55,794 bases of DNA, taken from the IMG/VR virus record IMGVR_UViG_3300033149_001822, positions 1 through 55,794 of that record; one strand, written 5' to 3'. The translations under genes and the position numbers were made by a program. Shown here one piece after another: positions 17,954-27,066 of the stretch (its first letter is position 1; each line of letters begins with the position of its first letter). This DNA comes from a virus. Its lineage: Duplodnaviria > Caudoviricetes. The notes beneath the pieces are model-generated. The model made no database searches. It saw only the letters and a list, made by a program, of their open reading frames with translations, and had not been told where the DNA came from.

Positions 17954-18588
17954 TGAAACTATTTTTCATGCGAGCGTGGGGGTTCGTGATGTTCCGCTTG
18001 CGACTCTACTATCTGTGGAGTCGCATCTACCAATGGCTACGCGAGCGCAAATACAACCACACTGTGTTGCCTTCGCTCCCGAATCTGGACGCCTTGACAA
18101 ACGTGTTAGGGGGCATGCATTGGAGGAAGGACACCTACATCCAGCTATGGGACGCGATGAGTACAGCCAAGGCTGTCTACGCTAGGCACATGAACAGCAA
18201 GGACGCAGGTGACTGTGAGGACATTTCCAATTTTGCGGCCGACAGGATCGAGAACATGAAGTCTCGCGACCTTTTGCCGCAGGTAGATGAGGTCGGCCTC
18301 TTGTCGGTCATTTGGATCGATAGCATGGGCAATGCTGGTGGGCATACTGTTTGCATTCTGTCATACAAGCAGATAACCAACATGGACAATGGGATAATCG
18401 AAAAGACTCGTTGGGCACATGTGTCCAATTGGTATGATGGTGAGTTTCAGAAGGATTTGATGTCGGTAAAGGAAATAGTTAGGTCTGTCATGTTGACGGG
18501 TGGTGGGGGTCGGGCGGCCTGCACGGCGTGGTCCTTTGTCAGGCAGAATTTGAAAGCTGTGGTTTATGGAAGCGGGAGGGGAATGTGA
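17953..18588 (+). CDS. Transglutaminase-like/papain-fold cysteine protease
   Basis: GDCED...GHTVC...VSNW putative Cys-His-Asn triad. Confidence 0.6.
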   Translation: MKLFFMRAWGFVMFRLRLYYLWSRIYQWLRERKYNHTVLPSLPNLDALTNVLGGMHWRKDTYIQLWDAMSTAKAVYARHMNSKDAGDCEDISNFAADRIENMKSRDLLPQVDEVGLLSVIWIDSMGNAGGHTVCILSYKQITNMDNGIIEKTRWAHVSNWYDGEFQKDLMSVKEIVRSVMLTGGGGRAACTAWSFVRQNLKAVVYGSGRGM

Positions 18589-18799
18589 TTCTCACTTGTG
18601 AAGAGTGTTTTCTTCAAAGGAAGTGTAAGTTCTTTGGGGTAAGTCCGATGGAATTGGATAATGGTGAAACTGTCACATGTGTCTTGGAGGTTGAAAGTGA
18701 CAAAAGGGTTCTTGTGAACATACCAACATCATTTGAAGTAGATACAAAAACAGGCAACATCAAAACTGTGATATGTCAGGCTGTCACATTTAGGAAACG

Positions 18800-19954
18800 A
18801 TGGTGGAACAGATTGCGGAAATAGTCAGTCGGACATGGCTTGAGCAACTGTCCGACGTTGATCTGGCTGGCCTTTTGCATTGCGCTGATGAAGCGTTGAT
18901 TGATGCGGAGGATTGCTACGGTGCCGTCATAGAGGAGGCAACACTCCCTAGTGGTATGGGTAAGCTCCGACAGGCACATTACAGGAAGTTCAACTCGCTC
19001 ACCAAGCAGCTTGAGGATGGTGAGATAAATATAAAGGTGTTCAACAGGAAGTCGCAGGACCTGATAACAACCAATTTCAACAAGGCATACTCCCTGGGAA
19101 AGAAGAATTTAGATGATGGTGATCTGGAGTATCTGAGGCGGGCGTCTGAAGAGGAGATGAAGTACGCCAGGCAGTTCGGCAAGGACATAAAGAGCGGCAA
19201 CATGAAAATGCCAAGGGCTACCCGTGCGGCGATGTATGGGCAGACTCTCAACGGGATTACTTGGCACGCAAAGGTCGAGGAGCAGCCGGACGATGTTCGG
19301 ATAGATTGGGTGTTGGGAGCAGGCGAGCACTGTGATGATTGTATAATTCTTGCGGCCAATTCTCCGTACACCAAATGGAATCTACCGACATCTCCGAGGG
19401 CAGGGGCTACTAGATGTTTGACACATTGCAAGTGCAAGCTCAGGTTCACGACTGGTAAGCTTACCAAGAGGGAGAGAAAGGACGCCAAGGAGTTTACGGT
19501 GCATAAGGAGGAGAGCTTATCCGACATGCTGTCTTCTGGTAAGCCTCCCGGTGATTTGAAGTTTGCCGACGAGGACCAGCAGAAGCACATAGACAATCTC
19601 AGGAACAAGATGAATTTCCAGCGTAGGCGAATAGCCAGTGGGAAGTTGAATGAGAAGCAATTGAAGAAGGCCATGAAGCTCCGCAGGGGTTACAACATGG
19701 AGCTGATAGAGTTCTCTGACTCGAACAAGATATGGGATGTGCCGCTGTTGAGTGTGGATGACATTCTTGACGAGCGGCACATAGGTCGCAAGGCGATCAA
19801 GGACATCATGCGGCACGGTCTGGACGGGAAGAGTCTGGATAAGGTCGGCAAGAAGAAGCTGGCGTCATTGCTGAATCATTATGAGAAGGCTATTGGCGAA
19901 ACACTTTCTGAGGACGTGATCGTGGATGCTGTAAAGGAGAAGGTAAAACACTGA
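18800..19954 (+). CDS. Head morphogenesis protein (MuF-like)
   Basis: WVLGAGEHCDDC...PRAGATRCLTHCKC; located after the portal. Confidence 0.7.
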   Translation: MVEQIAEIVSRTWLEQLSDVDLAGLLHCADEALIDAEDCYGAVIEEATLPSGMGKLRQAHYRKFNSLTKQLEDGEINIKVFNRKSQDLITTNFNKAYSLGKKNLDDGDLEYLRRASEEEMKYARQFGKDIKSGNMKMPRATRAAMYGQTLNGITWHAKVEEQPDDVRIDWVLGAGEHCDDCIILAANSPYTKWNLPTSPRAGATRCLTHCKCKLRFTTGKLTKRERKDAKEFTVHKEESLSDMLSSGKPPGDLKFADEDQQKHIDNLRNKMNFQRRRIASGKLNEKQLKKAMKLRRGYNMELIEFSDSNKIWDVPLLSVDDILDERHIGRKAIKDIMRHGLDGKSLDKVGKKKLASLLNHYEKAIGETLSEDVIVDAVKEKVKH

Positions 19955-20214
19955 TGGCAGAGCTTACATATAATTACATTGGGGAGAACGTCGAGGCAAC
20001 TGGCATGATACTCGGGTATGCTGCGAAGGCTGTTAGGGGTTCTGCTGTACGGGTGGCCCCGTTCAGCGACGAGTATTTGACGCGGGTAGGGGTATGGTTG
20101 CAGGGAGAACAAGTTGAGGTGACAAAGGTCGTTGCAAAGCTGAACAAGGAATTAAAGGACAAGAATATAGAGTTCCATTTCATGCCGTGGACGCCAGCGG
20201 CGCAGAGAGGATAG
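19954..20214 (+). CDS. Hypothetical protein
   Basis: Coupled start. Confidence 0.55.
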   Translation: MAELTYNYIGENVEATGMILGYAAKAVRGSAVRVAPFSDEYLTRVGVWLQGEQVEVTKVVAKLNKELKDKNIEFHFMPWTPAAQRG

Positions 20215-20218
20215 GACA

Positions 20219-20614
20219 ATGGGTTACGGAGATAGAAAGACATTGAAGCTGACGAAGAAGGAGCAGAAGGATTACTTGGACGCTAAGATTCGTAGGAGTG
20301 CCCGATGGGATTTGTCGGACGTATTCAAGTCGGGTGATGGCACGAGCCTGATGGGTAGTACGGTAGTTGACGACAAGACTCTCAAGCAGATTTCACAGAC
20401 TGTTTATGACAGCATTGTATCTAGTTACGACTACGACGAGAGGCTGCTTGCTGCTACCCGTTCGGTCAAGTTCAAGGTCAGTTACGTCCAGTCCGTCCTG
20501 AAAAAGGGCCTGGACAGCGGGACGATCAAGATCGAGAGCGTCATAATGGACGGCAAGGTGAAGTTGGCGATCACGGAGAACATGAATGGCAAACGCTTCA
20601 GAAAAGTTAGCTAA
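20219..20614 (+). CDS. Hypothetical protein
   Basis: RBS; plausible protein. Confidence 0.6.
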   Translation: MGYGDRKTLKLTKKEQKDYLDAKIRRSARWDLSDVFKSGDGTSLMGSTVVDDKTLKQISQTVYDSIVSSYDYDERLLAATRSVKFKVSYVQSVLKKGLDSGTIKIESVIMDGKVKLAITENMNGKRFRKVS

Positions 20615-20831
20615 CAACATAAAGACATCCGTTTTTGCTAGCCAGGCTAACCTTGTCCATAAGCTAAAGGGGAAGTACGTTGAGCGCGATGGAACGACTT
20701 TTCTTGTGGTTAGTGTCGATTGGCGTAAGGGTCGCATCATCGTTAGTGACACCAAGACACCGGTCAAGCAGACGACGTACCTCAGCATTAGATCGTTTCT
20801 TTCGAAGGCCGTGGAGATAATCGAGGAGTGA
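20586..20831 (+). CDS. Hypothetical protein
   Basis: GGAG RBS; short overlap with the upstream gene. Confidence 0.5.
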   Translation: MANASEKLANNIKTSVFASQANLVHKLKGKYVERDGTTFLVVSVDWRKGRIIVSDTKTPVKQTTYLSIRSFLSKAVEIIEE

Positions 20832-20834
20832 GTT

Positions 20835-20853
20835 TGTTTAACGGTGTTAAAGA
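20835..20853. promoter_or_regulatory. Conserved palindrome, copy 4 (TGTTTAAC-GGT-GTTAAAGA)
   Basis: Intergenic; directly before an RBS. Confidence 0.7.
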
Positions 20854-20862
20854 GGTGAGTTG

Positions 20863-21051
20863 ATGACAACTACAAGTGGTGACATAGCTGCTAAGGAAGG
20901 CAAGGGAAGGTTCCCGCTAATCAGGAAGCGGTGGCCGCACTTGATTCCGAAGATTCACGAGACAGTCATTGCCTTCATGGGTACGTGGAAGATAGGCCAG
21001 AAGAAGAGAAAGAAAAAGAAAAAGAAGCATGGGATATCCAAAGCCAAATAA
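20863..21051 (+). CDS. Small basic protein
   Basis: MTTTSGDIA...KKRKKKKKK. Confidence 0.55.
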   Translation: MTTTSGDIAAKEGKGRFPLIRKRWPHLIPKIHETVIAFMGTWKIGQKKRKKKKKKHGISKAK

Positions 21052-21313
21052 AACTGCTGTCTGTCGCATCTTCGGGCCGCGTATAAACAGGCATGGGATG
21101 AACGTGTACAGTGTCTATGATGCCAGGACGATGGAGAAAATTTGTCCTGACCTAATGTCCTTCGATGAGGCGACGCAGAGAGCAGATGATTACATACATG
21201 GGCGGTCCAGGATGTGGTTCAAGGGAATACCATTTAAAAGGATTCCTGTGGACAGTGAAGAGGCTAGACGGACGGTTGACGAGGGTACAATACATAGAGG
21301 AGAAAAGTCATGA
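21029..21313 (+). CDS. Hypothetical protein
   Basis: Stop overlaps the next start. Confidence 0.5.
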   Translation: MGYPKPNKTAVCRIFGPRINRHGMNVYSVYDARTMEKICPDLMSFDEATQRADDYIHGRSRMWFKGIPFKRIPVDSEEARRTVDEGTIHRGEKS

Positions 21314-21531
21314 CAATTAAAGAGGGATGCAAGACGCCGGGAATGAAGATTCGCTCGAAGGGCAAGGGTCGAGGGTTGGCAATCGGGAAGGGCAAGGGGC
21401 CGCTGAACAAGAAGAAGAAGTTTTTTTTCAAAAAGAAGGGTGAGAAGAATTCCATGGAAGATGTTGTAAAGGAAGCGGTCAATGAAGCTTGTGCTGCTTA
21501 CAAGAAATCAAAAGTGAAAAAGAAAAAATAA
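21310..21531 (+). CDS. Small Lys/Gly-rich basic protein
   Basis: GAGGAG RBS; KIRSKGKGRGLAIGKGKGP. Confidence 0.55.
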   Translation: MTIKEGCKTPGMKIRSKGKGRGLAIGKGKGPLNKKKKFFFKKKGEKNSMEDVVKEAVNEACAAYKKSKVKKKK

Positions 21532-21533
21532 CA

Positions 21534-22049
21534 ATGTCACTCCAGTTCTTACCACTCGAAGCAATACAAGAGTTCGGCATACCTGCCGAGCTTGATGAGA
21601 TAGCACTTACTAAAAGACAGTGCAAGGCGTTTGCTTCGATAGTTGACAAGCTCATGGAAGAAGCTGGACATCCAAAAGAGTTTGCATTGACCAAGGCAGC
21701 TAGGGTTTTCAGGCTCATGTACGAGCAGCATAATGGGAAGTGGAAGGCATTGCAGAAAATAAAGTTGACAGGGCATGGTGATGTTGTGGTGCGGAACAAG
21801 TTCTACAAAGCAGAGCACCGGGAGCAGGTGGTGCAGAAGGTGAAGGAAGCCATGAAGGGTGAACGGGGAATAGTCGAGACGATCATGGAGGCCGGGAGGC
21901 GCAACAGCGGGAAGGACAAGGAGGCTGTCAAGACTGCGTTATCGTCCCTAATCACGGTTCTGAACCCTACTGACCAGGAGGAGATCCTGAAGGCCATACG
22001 AAAGAAGCTTGGTGGTGGGAAGATCAAACTCAAAGGAGCAAAGAAATGA
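21534..22049 (+). CDS. ChaB-like head-associated protein (tentative)
   Basis: EFALTKAARVFRLMYEQHNGKW resembles ChaB; precedes the protease. Confidence 0.45.
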   Translation: MSLQFLPLEAIQEFGIPAELDEIALTKRQCKAFASIVDKLMEEAGHPKEFALTKAARVFRLMYEQHNGKWKALQKIKLTGHGDVVVRNKFYKAEHREQVVQKVKEAMKGERGIVETIMEAGRRNSGKDKEAVKTALSSLITVLNPTDQEEILKAIRKKLGGGKIKLKGAKK

Positions 22050-23404
22050 AACCGAAATGGCTAATGGAACGGATAATGACGACGCTGCAAGAGGTTGCCA
22101 ATAAGGACCTCCCGAACGGTGTCATCATGCAGATAAAAGGGAAGTTTGGTCATGCTGGAAGGATAACGGAGAACGGTAGGTTGTATCCACTATCCGTCAT
22201 GAAACGGGAGATTCAAAATATCCAAGCAAAGTTGCAAGAGAAGGCTGTTATTGGAGAAGCTGACCACCCCGGTCCCACCCAGGGTGGTCCTACTGTTCGT
22301 CAGAGCGCATTCATTATCACTGGACTTGGTATGAATGATAACGGCGAGATAATGGGCGAGGCAGATGTTGTAGACACTCAAGCCGGAAAGGACTTGGCAG
22401 CACTCATTAGGGCAGGAGCGCAGGTCGGAATGAGTTCGCGTTCGAAGGGGACTTCGAAGACGAACCGGATGACTAGCTCACACCCAGACTATGAGCGCAA
22501 CCAGGATTGGGAAGGCAAGGAGTTCGAGGAGGTCAATGATGATTTAGGCCTCAAATCGTTCGACTCTGTTATTGGCCAAGCAGTTACCGATGCTTACATT
22601 GGTGACTATAACGAAGATCAACAAGATGAGGAGGAAGAGATGGATTGGGAAAAATTGAAGAAGTTGCTCGCAGAGAGTGAGGAGCTTCGTAAAAATGTAA
22701 CCTCGTTCGTCTTCGATAGCGATGAGGGAAAGGCCAAGATTGCCGAGGCAGTCGAGGCCAATTCCAAAGAGCTGAAAGAGCAGTTCGACAAGGAAGTTAA
22801 GGAGATTGTCAAGGAGTACATGGCATCCGACGAGTTTGCCGAGCAGTTCGAGATCGAAGAGGACGTTGAAGGCGAAGATGACAACAAGCAGAATTTCGAG
22901 GAAGCAAAATGTGCCGGTTGCGACGCGATGATTCCGAAGGGTTCTAAGTACTGTCCGGCTTGTGGTGTGCAAGTAGTGGCACCCAAGAAGGAGAGCACCG
23001 ACGACGACAAGGCTCTCAAAGCCCTGGAGGACCGCATCAACAAGCTAGAGAGCGAGAACAAGGCCAAGACCGAGAAGATCGACAAGATGGAGAAGGATGT
23101 CGAGGACCGTGATAACGAGGTTGCGGTCGAAGCAATTGTTTCCGAGGCCCTCGAAGCCAAGCCACATATGCTGGTCGAGGCGGTGAGGTCGGACCTGGAA
23201 GGCCGTGAGCTTTCCACCGAGAACGCCAAGGAGCTGGTCGAGGCCCGCATTAAGTTCTTCACGGACTTCAACGAGAAGACTGGTGGCACGCTTTCCAAAG
23301 TGTCGGGCGACGGCAAGTCATTGCCTAACGACCCCGACGACAAAACCAAAAACGAGTCCAAAGATAAAACTTTGGATGTCCAGATTTTAGACCAACTGGA
23401 TTAA
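22046..23404 (+). CDS. Prohead protease (T4 gp21-like) fused to an acidic scaffold
   Basis: NGRLYP, GEADHP, GMSSRSKGT; coiled-coil C-terminal half with a CxxC-x10-CxxC ribbon. Confidence 0.88.
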   Translation: MKPKWLMERIMTTLQEVANKDLPNGVIMQIKGKFGHAGRITENGRLYPLSVMKREIQNIQAKLQEKAVIGEADHPGPTQGGPTVRQSAFIITGLGMNDNGEIMGEADVVDTQAGKDLAALIRAGAQVGMSSRSKGTSKTNRMTSSHPDYERNQDWEGKEFEEVNDDLGLKSFDSVIGQAVTDAYIGDYNEDQQDEEEEMDWEKLKKLLAESEELRKNVTSFVFDSDEGKAKIAEAVEANSKELKEQFDKEVKEIVKEYMASDEFAEQFEIEEDVEGEDDNKQNFEEAKCAGCDAMIPKGSKYCPACGVQVVAPKKESTDDDKALKALEDRINKLESENKAKTEKIDKMEKDVEDRDNEVAVEAIVSEALEAKPHMLVEAVRSDLEGRELSTENAKELVEARIKFFTDFNEKTGGTLSKVSGDGKSLPNDPDDKTKNESKDKTLDVQILDQLD

Positions 23405-23431
23405 CAAGCTCCGAGCTAGGAGAATATCGAG

Positions 23432-24637
23432 ATGAGAATTTTTCAAGAGCAGATCGAGAGCTTGCAGAAGGCTGGATACGACCCGAGCGACGCACCTTGG
23501 TTGTTTGAGAATGAGGTGCGGTCGTCAAGGTGGTCCAAGTACTTCACCGAGCAGAACGATCTTAAGGAAGACAAGCGGCTGAAGGGTTTTGACATTTCCG
23601 ATGACGAGTACGAGATGCTCCGTCGGCAGACCGAGTGTCTGCTGGACAACGTCATAGCCGAGGCCAACGCCAAGAAGCGGAACATCCTGGCGGAAACCAC
23701 AACCACATCAGAGATCGAGACATTCACCACATGGGCGCTCCCGTTGATTCGGAAAATTTGGCCGAGGCTTTTTGCCAACCAGATGGTAAGTGTCCAGCCC
23801 ATGAAGGGACCGACCGGCAAGGCATTCACGTTGGACTTCGTGTACGGAACCGCAGGTGGTGCATATGCATCGGGAACCAGCATCTATGGAAACCCCGATT
23901 ACAATTACGCCAATGACCCCGGTGAGGGTGTAGAGCCGAAGGAAGTCAACCTGAAAATCACCGGCACCACGCTGACAGCAGTCGCCAAGAAGTTAAAGGC
24001 ACTGTGGAACATCGAGGCTCAGCAGGATCTTTCTAGCCAGCATGCCCTGAACCTCCAGAGTGAAGTCATCAAGATGTTGGGTATGGAGCTGGAACGAGAG
24101 ATCAACCGGACCCTTATCCTGGGTGTCTACAATGCGGCCACTACGAACACTACATGGACTGCCACGCAGCCTGCATCCCCAGACCCCTGGGCGAACGCTA
24201 CTCCGAGACAGTACAGGGAGAGCCTGTTCGACGCGATCAATGACGCCAACAAGCAGATATTTGACCGTGTGTACGTCAACGCGAACTTCATTCTGGCTGG
24301 TAGTGGGTTTGCCAATCGGTTGCGGAAGATCAACGGGTTCCGCCAGATTGACACGTCACCTGGCGAGGCGCGAATCGCTTCCGGCCCGAACCTGTTCGGC
24401 GTGCTGAAGGACCAGTACAAGGTGTACATTGATCCGTTCTTCAGCTCTGACCAGGCAATCATCGGGCACAAGAGCAATAACTGGATGTACACGGGCTACG
24501 TGTATGCTCCTTACATCCCACTGTGGAGTACTCCGGTCATCTGGAATACCAAGATGCAACCGGCCAAGGGCATCATGACGCGGTACGCGACGTTCGCAAA
24601 GAATGGGGACTTTTTTGCCACGATTACTGTGGTGTAG
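23432..24637 (+). CDS. Major capsid protein (T4 gp23-like)
   Basis: VSVQPMKGPTG, KLKALWNIEAQQDL, EREINR, YAPYIPL, GIMTRYA. Confidence 0.93.
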   Translation: MRIFQEQIESLQKAGYDPSDAPWLFENEVRSSRWSKYFTEQNDLKEDKRLKGFDISDDEYEMLRRQTECLLDNVIAEANAKKRNILAETTTTSEIETFTTWALPLIRKIWPRLFANQMVSVQPMKGPTGKAFTLDFVYGTAGGAYASGTSIYGNPDYNYANDPGEGVEPKEVNLKITGTTLTAVAKKLKALWNIEAQQDLSSQHALNLQSEVIKMLGMELEREINRTLILGVYNAATTNTTWTATQPASPDPWANATPRQYRESLFDAINDANKQIFDRVYVNANFILAGSGFANRLRKINGFRQIDTSPGEARIASGPNLFGVLKDQYKVYIDPFFSSDQAIIGHKSNNWMYTGYVYAPYIPLWSTPVIWNTKMQPAKGIMTRYATFAKNGDFFATITVV

Positions 24638-24667
24638 AAATCACCTGAATAGAGAGGAATGAGTTAG

Positions 24668-24700
24668 GGTGTCCGATCTGAAAGGATCGGACACCTTTTT
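24668..24700 (+). terminator. Intrinsic terminator after the MCP gene
   Basis: GGTGTCCGATCT-GAAA-GGATCGGACACC-TTTTT. Confidence 0.9.
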
Positions 24701-24753
24701 ATCAATCTGTTTAACGGTGTTAAACAAAAACAGGAGAAAAAACAAATGGGCAA
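24700..24753 (+). repeat. 54-bp exact direct repeat, copy A (palindrome copy 5 at 24708-24726, RBS, ATG)
   Basis: Identical to 49343-49396. Confidence 0.95.
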
Positions 24754-25357
24754 AAAATTAGCAAAAAAGAAAAACCTCTCTAACCAGAGGAAGGTCGTCG
24801 TAAGGAATGAAGATGGAGAACCTGTCGAGATACCGCTAGGCTCTGTTGTTGACTACGCTGAGCCTATTAAGGACGACAAGCTCGGCGTGGTCCCGGAGTT
24901 CGTGAACATCAGCAGCAAGATTCAGTTGCTGTGCGTGCCACACAACACGGACGGGACACTCATCGTCTCAAAGTACGGTATCGTCAGGGGCACTCAGTGG
25001 CGCATGTTCTCTTTGCCCAACAAGAAGGTCTGGGGTGACTTCCCTCCATTCATCGAGCGGGAGCTTCTGAAGAACAATAAGTACGACGAGAAATACCTTC
25101 TGTCCGAGGAGCAGATGTTGGAGGAGTTGGACAGGCTGGTCCGTATCAAGGCCATTAGGGAACTTCTTAAAAGTGCTGTCATAACTCAACCTGAGTTCCA
25201 GGACGATGTTGGCCCTAATGGGATGATGGTGATCTATCGCGAGAATGAGAGTCGTTCTGTGATAAATGATTTTGCCCTTCGCAAGATCATGGACCTGGAG
25301 GACGAGGCCCGCAAGAAGCGAGAGGACGCGGGGATATTCGAGGAGTCAAATTTGTAA
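24746..25357 (+). CDS. Hypothetical protein after the MCP
   Basis: Strong RBS; 203 aa. Confidence 0.7.
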   Translation: MGKKLAKKKNLSNQRKVVVRNEDGEPVEIPLGSVVDYAEPIKDDKLGVVPEFVNISSKIQLLCVPHNTDGTLIVSKYGIVRGTQWRMFSLPNKKVWGDFPPFIERELLKNNKYDEKYLLSEEQMLEELDRLVRIKAIRELLKSAVITQPEFQDDVGPNGMMVIYRENESRSVINDFALRKIMDLEDEARKKREDAGIFEESNL

Positions 25358-25360
25358 ACT

Positions 25361-25600
25361 GTGGGGAGAACGGAAGGTGACGTGGTGGAAGTTCTTGTGC
25401 AACTGAAAGACTACCTGGCAGACAGGCCCGAGACAGCATTCCTTGCATTGACACTTGTGGCTCTGTTCTACATGTTCAGAAAATACGACAAGGCACGGGA
25501 AGCCCACCTCGTCACACTTTCATCAATCGCTCCCTTGGCTGATAAGCTGTGTTACATCATTTCCAAGGTCAAGAAGAAGACTGATAACGGTGGTGAGTGA
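25361..25600 (+). CDS. Small membrane protein, holin-like (tentative)
   Basis: One TM segment (TAFLALTLVALFYMF) and a basic tail. Confidence 0.45.
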   Translation: MGRTEGDVVEVLVQLKDYLADRPETAFLALTLVALFYMFRKYDKAREAHLVTLSSIAPLADKLCYIISKVKKKTDNGGE

Positions 25601-25797
25601 TGAGCATGTTCGCTTGGCTGAAAAAATTGTTCAGCAGCAATGGGAATGATGTTGCCTGTGTGTCCGAGAAAAAGACATTGGAGAAGAAACACATCGACAA
25701 GCACACTGGCAAGATCCAGGCACAACTAAAAACCATAAACAATGCATTCGAGGATATGGAGCCGGACGAAATATTCAACGAATGGACAGGGGAGTAG
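25597..25797 (+). CDS. Hypothetical protein
   Basis: GTGA overlap with the upstream stop. Confidence 0.5.
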   Translation: MMSMFAWLKKLFSSNGNDVACVSEKKTLEKKHIDKHTGKIQAQLKTINNAFEDMEPDEIFNEWTGE

Positions 25798-25800
25798 AAA

Positions 25801-27057
25801 ATGAAAAGATTCATTGTTTGTTTATTGATGTTGTTTACGTTGCTGGTTCCTGAATATGTTGTCGCGGCACCGTACCCAGATGGGTGCTGTGACAACTCAT
25901 CTCAAGCTGCACCTGGCACCTGTTACTACATGACATGTGCTGAGAAGCGTGCAGGTTCTTCAATCACCGCTCCAGGGTATTTCAGGGTCATGGATTGGGA
26001 CAGTACGTTGCGGCTTGATGTTGAGTTGCTATCAACGATTGTCACAGGGCTGGCGAACACTCATCAAGGTGCCGTCGTGATCTCGACTGGCTTCGCGTAC
26101 AACGGGGTCGATTGGGACCCTGTTCTCGCGACCGCTGGCGTGCCTCACTTTGACCTGCGCGGGATAAATGGGATGACGCCGAACACTAATGGTGGGCTTA
26201 TGAACACTGGTACGTTGACAATGACGCTTGCCGACGATGATCCGGCAGTCATCGACTTGGCTGCGATTGAGGTCTTGCAGACAACTATTGCTGGTGACAC
26301 TACTAGTATAGATGCAGATACAACCACTATCGCGGCTGATACCACGTCGATTGACGCCGACACGACTGTAATTGCTGCTGACACCACAACGATTGCTGGT
26401 TGGACTTTGAACACGGGATTGATTGACGCGACTACACAGAGATTCACCATCGGCACAGATGACCTAGTGTCAACGCAACTTGGTTTGTTAGATTTCGTAC
26501 TCACACAGGCAGATGGTCAAGCGTTTACACTCAATGGTGCTGTTACGTCTTCATTTATGTATGCGGATAACGGTGCAACTGGTGACATGCTGAAAGTCGG
26601 TGCGACCAGAGCGTTGCAGGTCGAAGAAGTAAATGCACAACCTGGTGATGACAAGGCCAATGATTGGAAGAAAACCAAGAAGCAAGCAATAGCTGTTTAC
26701 ACTCATGCCAAGGAAGCAGATACAGCAGTTGACGAAACTGCTGGTGGTGACGTTGGCGACGAGGTTTATCCACCGACCGAAGTAATTGGCTATCCGAATT
26801 GGTGCGTTGTTTTCAAGAACGAGGGTGGTGGGTCTGCTGATATTTTGGATGATGCCGCTGTTTTAGTCAGTCCATCCAATGCTGCTGGTGAATGGGAGAA
26901 CTTGACTTTTACAGCTTGTGACACACTTGCAAGTGGTGCCGGTACTTGTAGCTATTGTTGTTCGAATTGTGCTCATCGGTACGTGAAGGCAGAGGCGCTT
27001 TGCGGTGCCGGTGATGACACGACTGTCACCGTTTGGATTACGGGCAATGTAAACTAG
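25801..27057 (+). CDS. Signal-peptide fibre-like protein with heptad repeats and Cys-rich ends
   Basis: MKRFIVCLLMLFTLLVPEYVVA|; DTT(S/T/V)I(D/A)A repeats; TCSYCCSNC. Confidence 0.65.
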   Translation: MKRFIVCLLMLFTLLVPEYVVAAPYPDGCCDNSSQAAPGTCYYMTCAEKRAGSSITAPGYFRVMDWDSTLRLDVELLSTIVTGLANTHQGAVVISTGFAYNGVDWDPVLATAGVPHFDLRGINGMTPNTNGGLMNTGTLTMTLADDDPAVIDLAAIEVLQTTIAGDTTSIDADTTTIAADTTSIDADTTVIAADTTTIAGWTLNTGLIDATTQRFTIGTDDLVSTQLGLLDFVLTQADGQAFTLNGAVTSSFMYADNGATGDMLKVGATRALQVEEVNAQPGDDKANDWKKTKKQAIAVYTHAKEADTAVDETAGGDVGDEVYPPTEVIGYPNWCVVFKNEGGGSADILDDAAVLVSPSNAAGEWENLTFTACDTLASGAGTCSYCCSNCAHRYVKAEALCGAGDDTTVTVWITGNVN

Positions 27058-27066
27058 GGGGCAGTA

